Of a stretch of DNA of 64,000 bases, positions 11,686 to 21,721 are shown piece after piece. The position numbers and the translations under genes are program-made. The notes below the pieces were generated by a model. It was not told the origin of the DNA. It ran no database searches and worked only from the letters and a program-made list of their open reading frames with translations. Numbering within the stretch: position 1 is the stretch's first letter; every line of letters starts with the position of its first letter. Source of the stretch: Yuukianura sp. NJ FZ-2021 (taxonomy: Eukaryota); assembly GCA_046563655.1 (NCBI GenBank), contig CM102286.1, positions 6,696,001 to 6,760,000 of the forward strand, given 5' to 3'.

Positions 11686-12500
11686 ATGGATACCAGTACA
11701 GCGTGCGATATTTGCTGCAGACAATTCTCACGAAGGGACGCATTGAAACGACACAAGTTAACTTGTCATAGTAGCGTCGCAGTATCGAAAATGCTTCAGG
11801 TATGCATGAATCAGCGGGAAAAATCTACTATGTTTCGACATGTACACTCTGGGAAAAAGTTTGACCCGCATTTGGTTGCACCGTTTACTATGTGCATCAG
11901 TGGAATGACTCAGAGTGGCAAAAGCACCCTTGTGAAGCAAATACTTCTACGACGAAACGAAATTATCGAGACTAATATTGACAAGCCCTTGGAACGTATC
12001 ATGTATTGTTACACTGAGTTCCAGCCTACGCTGTTTGGAGAATTGAAGACCAAGATTCCAACTATACAATTTCATCGTGGACTTCCTGAAAAATGGCATG
12101 ACGGAACCGACAAGCCGTCAGTCGTCGTCCTTGACGATTTGATGCATGAAGCAGGCAAAAACGGAGAAGTTGGAGCTGCGTTCACAAGGACTTCGCATCA
12201 CCGCAACGTATCACTCATCATTCTTGTGCAAAACTTTTTCACAGGAATATGAAAGAAATCACGTCAAACTGTCACTACATTGCTCTAATGAAGAATCCGC
12301 GAGACTCTCAATTTGTAGCTTGTCTTGGACGTCAAATGAATGGAGGAAAGAAGAATACAACCATGGAAGAAGCCTACAAGGAATGCATGTTAAAGCAATA
12401 TGGATATCTATTCATCGATTTAACTCAACGACAAAATGATTTGTTTCGCATTAGAGATAATATATTTCCTGAAAATTGTCAAATCTATGCTAATGAATGA
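11686..12500 (+). CDS. Polinton/Maverick-type (A32/FtsK-HerA-like) DNA packaging ATPase with N-terminal C2H2 zinc finger; one frameshift at about 12235..12240 (about 271 aa restored)
   Basis: Zinc finger CDICCRQFSRRDALKRHKLTCH; Walker A PFTMCISGMTQSGKST; Walker B VVVLDD; SHHRNVSLIILVQNFF, then in the -1 frame HRNMKEITSNCHYIALMKNPRD..LGRQM..YGYLFIDL..FRIRDNIFP. These are motifs characteristic of Polinton ATPases. Confidence 0.88.
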
Positions 12501-12503
12501 ATG

Positions 12504-12549
12504 AATAAACACATTACACGATAAAAGTTCTATTTTCAAGTTTTTTATT
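12504..12549. terminator. Bidirectional polyadenylation region between the convergent core genes
   Basis: AATAAA on + at 12504..12509 and on - at 12544..12549, within a 97-bp intergenic gap. Confidence 0.6.
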
Positions 12550-12597
12550 TTGAAAATTCGGAATCTAACGAATATACAGTCATAAAGGTGTATAATT

Positions 12598-13998
12598 CTA
12601 CGAAATTACGCTAGTGAGAAACTCTCCAAGTATTGGTAATGCGGCAGCGAGAAGAGCTGGCAGGAACCCACCGTGCTGTATAAGTAGTTTTTTCTTGTCT
12701 TCAATCGATCCTTTAGCTTCTGCAACACGTTTAATCTTATATCGATGCGGTCTCAAGATATTTTTGACGGTGGCCTCAATAGGAATGTTGCCCTGGATTA
12801 CGTCCTGAACACATTTGTGTAACCCAAGAATTTGACCAGGAGACGCTGTGGAGAGAAGTGTCTCGCGTATAATAGGGGAGTGTTGGTTCATCTGGTGGAG
12901 AAATTGATAATGTCGTATGGGACCTGGTGATGGTTTAGCTCCTCCAGTTTGTCTATACTCTTCTTCCCCTTCTTCATCCGTTTCGTCTTCCTCGTTTTCC
13001 TCCTCTTCTTCTACTTCTTCTTCTACTTCTTCTTCCCCTTCTTCATCCCCCTCGTCTTCCTCGTCATCATCTTCTTCTTCTTCATTTTCTACATCACTTT
13101 CCACGTGCGGGCGATTTCTAGAAAGCTTTTTGGGTTCATCTCGACCGAGCAAGCCTCTGTGGCTGATCGGAAGCAGATATTTTGGAATGCCTGTCTGAAT
13201 CATAAAGTCTACGATGACAGGAATCATTTGTCTTGTCAACTTATATCTTCCATCCGCAAGTTTTCGTATTCCCTCTTCGAACTCGCTCCTGGGTATGTAG
13301 GCATCACCCAGACTAACGCTATTGTTCGCAAAGGTTGCTCCATTTGCTACAAAAAATTGTGCTAGCTGTTTTCCAACAGCTGAAAACTGGTCCAGAGTAA
13401 ACGGTGGAGTTGTCGGTGCTGCTGTCGGCGTTTCATCTTTCGCTATTTGCGATTCTTTTTTAAATCTCTTGGAAAATGGCATCTCGAGCGCGTCATTCGG
13501 ATTTACCACAGTATTTGACCAACCGTTCGCTGGATTTTCTGACCAGGTCGTAATTCGGTCATATCTGTCTTCGGTTTTTCTGGCTGACTTTTCCGGTCCA
13601 CCATCCCATCCGGTAAAGTGACTTGTAGCCATATCATTCAACCGCCTATCGTTTACAACGTTCACATTGACGTAGCCTTCCCTTTGCTTCCGTTGATTTT
13701 CCCAGTTCTGGCGTAATTCCGTTTGCATCATATGATTCTGAAGTTCGATTGGAATGTTGTTCCCAGAATCTCGCGAATTACGCTCATGAAGCTCCATTGG
13801 TCCACGGCTCTGAGACATGTTCATTGTATGTTGCTGTAAGTATTGTACGGGTTTAGTATCAAGCAAAAAACCATCATGGATTTGCTTTTCTCCAAAATAA
13901 CTTTTGCAAGGGCTGTTTTGCTGAGACTCATATGTCTCAAGCTGATCCAGTAGACTGTTGTAGTCGTCTTGGTGAACAAGAATGTATTTTTGCGCCAT
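12598..13998 (-). CDS. 466-aa protein with a long Asp/Glu tract and a C-terminal Polinton-like small domain ending in an adenovirus pX-like GGFLPALL motif
   Basis: Intact ORF from ATG 13998 (MAQKYILVHQDD..), the first ATG after the TIR promoter. Acidic run of about 40 aa. C-terminus ..CVQDVIQGNIPI..LRPHRYKIKRVA..KKKLLIQHGGFLPALLAAALPIL. Confidence 0.8.
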   Translation of the reverse strand: MAQKYILVHQDDYNSLLDQLETYESQQNSPCKSYFGEKQIHDGFLLDTKPVQYLQQHTMNMSQSRGPMELHERNSRDSGNNIPIELQNHMMQTELRQNWENQRKQREGYVNVNVVNDRRLNDMATSHFTGWDGGPEKSARKTEDRYDRITTWSENPANGWSNTVVNPNDALEMPFSKRFKKESQIAKDETPTAAPTTPPFTLDQFSAVGKQLAQFFVANGATFANNSVSLGDAYIPRSEFEEGIRKLADGRYKLTRQMIPVIVDFMIQTGIPKYLLPISHRGLLGRDEPKKLSRNRPHVESDVENEEEEDDDEEDEGDEEGEEEVEEEVEEEEENEEDETDEEGEEEYRQTGGAKPSPGPIRHYQFLHQMNQHSPIIRETLLSTASPGQILGLHKCVQDVIQGNIPIEATVKNILRPHRYKIKRVAEAKGSIEDKKKLLIQHGGFLPALLAAALPILGEFLTSVIS

Positions 13999-14064
13999 GA
14001 CTGTTAGCCTAACCGCTCCAGATGGTAAAATCTTCACGTCTTCACAGCTCAACGTCTGAAACGA

Positions 14065-14100
14065 AACTGAGAGATGAGCAAGTCAACGTTGCTATTTATA
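14065..14100 (-). promoter_or_regulatory. TATA + Initiator core promoter at the inner end of the right TIR, upstream of the 466-aa gene
   Basis: Mirror of 11598..11633: TATTTATA at 14093..14100 and AACTGA at 14065..14070 on the + strand. Confidence 0.75.
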
Positions 14101-14921
14101 CTCTTGCATGGGTGGGCACGTTGGAGTTGTGGTGGTGTGTGGTGGTGGTGGTGGTGGTTGGATGTAAAATTGACAAAAAATGTTGTATTATGCAGTGAGG
14201 TTATTGTATTATACAACGTGACCATGGCATTATACAACGTGACCATGGTATTATACAACGTGACCATGGTATTATACAATGTGACCATGGTATTATACAA
14301 TGTGACCATGGTATTAACGATGATCTGACTCTCGAAGGAAGGTTACCGGCGGGAAATAATCCCGAGGAAGTACTCTGCAAGGTGTACTCACGGAGTAAGT
14401 TCCCGTGACATTGACAAAGTCTAGACTTTACTCTCGCAAACTCGCTATGTTGTACAGAATAAACTCGGCATTATGTAATGACGTTGTGGTATTATACAAC
14501 TGGGCCAGGGTAATATGCAGAGAGGCCATTGTATTATGCAGAGAGGCCATTGTATTATGCAGAGAGGCCATTGTATTATGTAGAGATGCCATTGTATTAT
14601 GCAGTGAAGTTGTTATATTACGTTAAAAATTCATGCGAATTGAGGGCTGGCGTCCGAGGGCTGGCGTCCAAGGGCTGGCGTCCAAGGGCTGGCGTCCAAG
14701 GGCTGGCTCACACGGCCCAAAGGCTTCCCCAGGACTGGGCTGGATAAATCCAACGCTGTAGCCATGAGGTGTTCAAGCGTTTCAGCTTGAATACTTTGTA
14801 CTCTGTAGCCATCTTTTAAAATATTGTGGGATACGTTTTTCAACAGAAACGATCCTTTCCCAAATTATAGAAAAAGGGTTAAAAGTTCATCGACTTCAAA
14901 ACGACATTCTCGAAATAAACT

Positions 14922-15626
14922 TCAAGCAAAATGAGATATTCGTTGTTGACGCGCAATGTAGAGAACGTCAGGGCTCCACAGAAACTCCCATTGTTTTGCA
15001 AGCCAGTTTTCTGAATTTTGAATAAATTCTTTATGTGCTTCATGAGGAGTTACATTCAGCATTGCCGTCCACCCCACTTTTTCCAGGATGATGAGTGGAT
15101 TATTTCGAAGAGAATACGTTGGAGCCAAATATCCACGGGCTAAAGCCGCAATGATAATGTACTTTGCAAACGCCGTTGTATCACAGTTCCAGCCGTTGCA
15201 TGGTAAGGTATAAGGAGCTTCTTTGCTTCTGGAAAAGTCATAACCAGGAACTAGGGAATGTGGGTCGGCTGTTGCTTTCTTCCCCTTTCGTAAAATGAAT
15301 CCAGAACATTGCATGTATTTGCAATAATACTTTTTAAATTTTCGGAGCCGTGAAACTTCGTCCAAAATTTCTTGCAAATCAGCTGATTTAAATACTCCAT
15401 CTCCAAACAGTTTTTCAATCATGTAGTCGTATTCACCACTATAGTTGAAGCGACTGTGATCGCAAACCCGAGTAACTGGAAGCGCTTTGTACTCTTCGTG
15501 AGTTTTAAACGCTGACGAGTTTTGCGAACAAATTGGAGTTATATAAAATCCAGGACACTTTTCTGGACGTCTTTCCCATGGAATGCCTCTTACTCGGAGA
15601 GCAATTTCATGTTTTACATCTTCCAT
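14922..15626 (-). CDS. Second copy of the uncharacterised 234-aa TIR protein
   Basis: Protein identical to 10149..10853 except for one T/I difference near the C-terminus. Confidence 0.7.
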   Translation of the reverse strand: MEDVKHEIALRVRGIPWERRPEKCPGFYITPICSQNSSAFKTHEEYKALPVTRVCDHSRFNYSGEYDYMIEKLFGDGVFKSADLQEILDEVSRLRKFKKYYCKYMQCSGFILRKGKKATADPHSLVPGYDFSRSKEAPYTLPCNGWNCDTTAFAKYIIIAALARGYLAPTYSLRNNPLIILEKVGWTAMLNVTPHEAHKEFIQNSENWLAKQWEFLWSPDVLYIARQQRISHFA

Positions 15627-18600
15627 CTTTTGAGAATGGCTATGGAGTAGGAATGTTGTAATTTCCACTACTAAGTTCAGAACTGACGATTTCTAGATTC
15701 AGAGCTCGCTGTTTAAGTAGCCATCGAAACAATGGTTGAATGCTATTTTAAAATATTTTCAAAAAACGTTTTTTCTTGTGACAAGTTGTTTTGAAAAGAA
15801 CTTTTCGAATTTTCTATGAAAAATTCCAATACTTGTGTTTTGACTTTTTTGTTGTCGACCTTTTTGATGTCTGCCTTTTTGTTGTTGACATTTTTGACAT
15901 TTTAGATGTTGAGATTTTGTCATTATGTATTTTTTGAGGGGTTTTCCCCTCCCCAATATTGCGCCCGACTAGCCCCCGCGGCAAAGTATGCAAAATTCCT
16001 ATCGTACACCCTACTTATAGTTATTACATATTTTTATTGGAAAGCTTTGCACCAAAGTTTGACGTAAAATTTTAATTACTGTTTTTGACGCAGCATTTGA
16101 CGAAAGTATTTCGAGTATGCTCATTAGTTTATGCACCCTCAGAATCCTCATTCAAAAGTTATGTCAACGCAATTACGTTTGCTGCACTCACCTCATTCGA
16201 TACCTGCTATTCACAGGACAAAATCCTGGTTAGGTGAAAGTTGAAAAAGACTTTTGCTTTCCGTTGTGATGAGAGTGCTAAGGGAAGAAAACGGAATGAA
16301 ATGTCATTACCAGGATTCTATCATGCGATTTCTCCCCAAGGATTCTGCATTCTAAGTCAACGGCCGGAATGGAATCCAAAGGAAAAGAAAATAAAAAGTC
16401 GACGGTAGTGGCAGCCCACGAAGCCCTTGAATTTCATCTTTTCATCTTCAAGGTACAAAAGAAATTAGAGAAGCGTTCAGGAGGCAAAACCTTAAAAGTC
16501 ATTGGTTTTTCTAGACCAATTTCCATTTCCTTTCGCATTTTCACATAACCCCTCATTTCAATTAACTATTTACATTGCGTCCAGCTGAGATGCTCTTGAA
16601 TCTCATTTCAGTATGTACTTAAGACAAGCGATAGGTCTAATGAAAAATGAATTCAAATGGTTGTTAATCAATTTCTGCAAAACAGACACTTCTTAATTGA
16701 ATTCCAAAATTAATGGCTATTCCCTCTCACTTTGAAGAAGGCTTTTCACAATGGGAGTTCGTATTGAGAGGAAAATGCTTTTGAGTAGAAAATATAATAT
16801 AGTTTTTCTTTTTATACAAAAATGAAGATGTCATGCCAAAAATAGATTTGGAGGAAGTTTTACCTTGACATGGGGTAAGAAAAGGAAGATCGTTTTTTCG
16901 TGTAACAACGCAATATACAGACTCGGATTCCAATAAAAAGGAAAAAGAAGATGCCAGACCATTGTACAAAGCTTTTACGGAGGAACGGGTTTTGATACGT
17001 TCCTGGTCTTAAAAGACGGATATCACATTTTATACTTTCGCTTTTTTCAAATATTGCCAACGTCCGATGTCCGAGATGATTCTTCCATATTCTTTTTTTC
17101 TTCAAAAGTTTAGCTTTGGCCATAAGGCGATTCTTTCCCTCCCATGCAATTCTTCTTCGTCATCTCCTTAAGCTGAAGGGGATCTTCGAAAAAAAAACTG
17201 GTTCTAGAGATTTGGTGAAAGCAGGCGTCGCAAGAGAGAAAGTCCTCCAAGTCGTCTCCCCTAATCTTCTTCTGTGTATATCATTAGAAATGATAGGACT
17301 CAAGATACTTATCGTCCTTCTATTAGCATTCAGATGAACTCAATCAGTCTCACTATCCTACTTCTTCGAATGAGGCCGAATAGAGACCTTAGGGGACTTT
17401 TTCTCCGAAAAGCTCCTACGGTAATAAAATCCGAAATTTTAGGATTCATTATCTCCTTCAAGCTCTTACTTTGTTCGCGATAAGCTTCCAAATGGGAATG
17501 ACTCGCTGGGATCCAAATAAGTTTTCCTGGAAATCTTGGTGTAACTCTTTAAGCTCACCAGAATCAAGTTAGACTCGATTTGACCTACGCATTTGAGCCA
17601 AACAACCTTGTTCCAACATGCAACGGTAAAATGTAGATTGGCTCCATCACTAGTACCTCATCTTTGCTCGGAAATTATGTCACTGGTATACTTCTACATG
17701 TAGAGCAGCACGCTTGTCACTTTACGAATTCAAAATCGCTGTAATTGTAATAAGACGAAAGCTTCTGTTCAGAGCTTAAGTTGGGAGCAGCGTTGTAAGA
17801 CCTTAGACAATTAAAGGGAACAAGCACTGATTGCACAAATTTGAATATAAATGAAGCCGTTTTTTGCTTGGTTTGGTATTACGACAATGCTGAGGGAGAG
17901 CACTGGAAACATACCTATCTTCTTCCTGTGTACAAATTTCCTGGGTTCCAGAGTCCGGAATTGAGGCCAAGAAACATTTTTGCACTAACCTAATTAACTT
18001 TTTCCAAAGTGGAGAAGTTAACTAAATTAGGTTTCCAGAGCGAGGTGTAGGAATGAATATTAAACTAGTGACACGTAGTAGAAGTCTTTTGGTCTTAGTT
18101 TTTAAGCATGAGGTTTCAGTATCAATTGAGTTTCATTAGTATTTTTTGTCTGGTTAAGAAAAAATTGAAGCCCTTCAGTTTCCAATTTGACTTTCTTTAA
18201 ATTCATCTAGGTCGGTGTTTACTTAACGCGCATATCTAAAGCATCCACTAAAATAGCGTTACAAAAATCCTTCTGCAGAAATAAAAAACAAGAAAAATTC
18301 TGCTAACCAAGCATTGACCTATCATGTCATTTTCATCTTGTGGTCATGTAGTAACCAACAAATTTGAGTTCCGGTTGTGGAGGTTTTCTCTTTCTGGATA
18401 TTGCAATCCCGGTTCTCGTGATACGGGTATTAGGTGCATGTGCGTTTCCGTAATGCAAATAGAAACGAAATTATTCATCCAAAAAGCGTTTTCGTTACAA
18501 GTTTTTTGCAAAAGCATATTCTTGTTCCTGAGAATGAAAGAATTTAAATGTTCCGTTTTGCGTCGCCTGCCTTTCCACGATAGCAGTGGAAAGCCATTTA

Positions 18601-21555
18601 GGTGACATTCTAATCTGCACCAACCTCGCACTTTCCTGAGTCACAAAATAGCAGAATGAATCAACTGAATTGGGGAAATTGTCGACAGAGCAAGGGAGGG
18701 ACTTTTTTGAGTCGATTCAGTGGCTTTTACGCGCTACCAATTTGGTACGTTAGTTTATTATCTCCTTTGACCAGAAAATTGAATAGTACGCCTCTGACCT
18801 CAAACAAACCCATCAAAGTAGTCGTAATTACTGCGAAAGGATTTTGGATTTCACGACAACATGTTGGTTGGGTTTCGGGTTTCACGCCGTTGTTACAAAA
18901 AAGACTCTTCTGCACGATTTTCAGAAAACTTTGCACACAAAAAGCGTTATCCCAAAAGTAGCTTCTATTCGTTTCAGTTTTTTAAAGTTGTGTTGTGAAA
19001 TTCAACCAGAATTTATGTTTTCCAGCTGCATCCCATGTGTATTTACCCAGATCACTTTCCATTTTACTAAAATTCTTAAAAGCGTCGACTTTGGTTAGAA
19101 TTTTTCTGTTAGAACTTTTCCAAGAAGACTAACCAGTATTGACAACTTTTTTTGCTACACAAATAGTTAGAACTTTCACACGATAGTTAATGTTGTCAAT
19201 TTGACGCTTTGCGGAATTAACTTCCTGAACCTTGGAATTAGGCGACGCGAGAATTTCGTCGACACATTAAAATGCAAACCTGCTCAATATTTGTTCTTTT
19301 TAGCAGCGTTTACTCTCCAGTGGATTCTTTTTAAATCTTAGTTAAGGCTAAGTTATAAACAGTAGCGGTTGAATTTGAATTATTTTTTGTCAGATTTCAT
19401 TCAGCCGATAAAGTCAAAACATTTTCCTCCACGGTTATCCCATCGATTTCAAACATCTATTTTTCAAAGCAAACATTCGGAATAGCAATGTGCGTAACTC
19501 TGCCAAAATAGTGAATTGTCTAAAAATGCTATTTCTATTTAGGCAGAATAGATTAGTGCGTTGGATTAGAGCGGAGACACGAAGAATTTTGTTCCCGATC
19601 TTCCTGTATCATATATTTTAAAACGGATGTTGTTCCTTTAACTTTCTCGGAACGAAAGCCAGAGTCGGGCTCTGCATAAACATGACTTAAATCCTACTCA
19701 AGCTTTCAAACATTTAAAATTCTAAAGTCAGCGCCCTTATTTATTTCCCCCGACTAATTGCTTCAAGTTGATCCTGACTTTTTGCTTATTGGCATCCAGC
19801 CTACTGCCTCCCGTTTTTTCTAACGTCCTGATTTATTAAGCACTAGAGTCAGGCAATGTCAACTATTTTTATTATGTCAAACCCCTCTCCTTTTGTTTAC
19901 TTCGGCTCAACGCTAAATAATGGAAAGTAAAAGTGAGAAATGGTATGGCAAATCCCACTGCTTGTTTAAAACAACTCTCTGAAGCTATTCTTAGAAACCA
20001 ATTTTAATACCAAAGTTTAAGCGAAATTTCTGCAGCATGGCGTGGCGGCGGCAAATAATTTGGAAATAGCATTGCGGCTCTTTGGTTCTTCAATTTTGTT
20101 ATTTTATTGGGTTGAGTCTAAAACAGTCTTAGAAGAAGGAAAAGTTTGAGTCCGATGAAATAACGCAGCGCTAGGTGTAGGAAAGTATTTACTTTGATTC
20201 AACCCAATTATTTGCTTCAACTCAATTTCAAGTGGAAAATTCTTCAATCAACTTTCCATGTTGCTGCTTTCTCAGAATTATTTATGAATCCTGCAATGTG
20301 GAAACTTTGTTTTCTCTTTTAGATATTATTATATTCTGAGATAAACAAAAATGAGGCAGGGCTCGCATAACTTTGAAAGTGTTGAAAAGGAATTTGATCA
20401 CAGAAACCTCGGCTGTATAATTTAGGGGAAAAGTTTCAGAGTCGTTGAAATACTTTCTTAAAGTTCACTTTCAAATTTCAAAGAAAACTCAAATAATAAT
20501 TCTTAATATCTAGGATCAAAGTTCCTTTAATTATGAAAATTGAAGCAGTGCCTCAAGGAGCAAACAATAGGCACAACGGAATATAATGTTGGGCATACAA
20601 GAGAAACTACAAAGGAAGCCTTTATGTAAATAGTAGAATATCTCGATAAAACCAAGGAGAATAACAATAGTATTTGCAAAGTCCAATTGGAATCGTGTTG
20701 GAAGGAAGTTGGTTTTAGATGTAAGATCTTAAGACGGAAGTTCCAATGGAGGAAGAGGAGCGATTAGTTTGGGGAAATGGATACTTTGGAGACAATCTGG
20801 CCATAATCATGTGGATGGTTGCCTCCTTTGTGAAGCATGAACTTTCCTCTCTGCATGGGAATGTAAATAAAGCGAGCCCATTTTTTAGAGGAATAGGTGC
20901 ATTGGGAAAAGCACATGGAACGTGCTCTGGATCCTGTCGTTGTCATCAGGACGTCGGAGCAATAGAAAGGAGAAAGTGGCGGTGAAGGGTATCTCTACGG
21001 TCTACTTTGAAAAGTAAATGGAAATTGAACATTTCTTGATTTCAATCCACCTTTCGGCTTTCAGCTTCCGTTCAACTCAACACGGGGGTTTTCCTACCTA
21101 CTTCTCGCGGTTTGCTTTCACTTTCGACTCTGCGTCACTTTCTGCGTCACTGCACAAACAGAACCACTCAACACACAAACAACAGGTACACAAGTGGAGT
21201 GTCAGTTAGAATGGGAGTCCCAAAATTGAGAAAATTAGAACTTCCACTCTCAATGTCTCAATGAACTATCAAAATGGATTCTACAAACTTGACTCATGTC
21301 AAAAGTTATTTTTATGCATCATCATACTCTAATTGACGATTGTCCCTCCGTCACAACGTGAAATCCCATGCTAATGCAAACTATATGTGCAAAAAACTCT
21401 CTCTGCTTGGAAGAGTGGAACGATCCTGGGGTGTCCCTTTAACATTACTCCTCCAAGCACAGACTTCCACAAATTCCATCTCAACTCAGAAACCAAAAGA
21501 AGGGGGGGGGGTCTGGGGGGGCTTGCCCCCCCAGCCTTTGCAATACATTTTCGAT

Positions 21556-21721
21556 TCAACTAGACGGAACCCGTGATGTTTACGCATCACGAAATTACCT
21601 TTAAGCACTAGCTCATACCTCGGATCAAACGAAAAGGTAGCGGTTTTTTGACAAAATGTTCAAAATCATCCTTCCTTCATGTCATCGTGATGTGTAAACA
21701 TCACGGGTTCCGTCTAGTTGA
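21556..21721. mobile_element. 166-bp MITE-like element with 37-bp inverted repeats ending in hairpin + CTAGT
   Basis: TCAACTAGACGGAACCCGTGATGTTTACGCATCACGA (21556..21592) pairs with 21685..21721 with one mismatch. No clear TSD. Confidence 0.55.

Larger units (their letters stand above)
9760..16015. mobile_element. Non-autonomous Polinton/Maverick (adintovirus)-related element, 6256 bp
   Basis: Termini AGTAGGGTGTACGAT...ATCGTACACCCTACT (5'-AG...CT-3'); TATAG repeated directly at 9755..9759 and 16016..16020; about 1.9-kb inverted repeats; Polinton-type ATPase motifs; GGFL-ending Polinton-like domain. No recognisable pPolB, integrase, protease or capsid ORF. Confidence 0.9.
14029..16015 (-). 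repeat. Right terminal inverted repeat (1987 bp)
   Basis: Mirror of 9760..11669; complementarity ends at GTGAAGATT / AATCTTCAC. Confidence 0.97.

Noticed and set aside
12614..13621. Plus-strand Ser-rich and Phe-rich ORFs
   Set aside because: Antisense shadows of the acidic tract of the 466-aa gene.
9760..16015. Assembly artefact explanation for the long inverted duplication
   Set aside because: The arms differ in substitutions and repeat copy number, end in AG...CT, and are flanked by a TSD. Read-level confirmation is still desirable.
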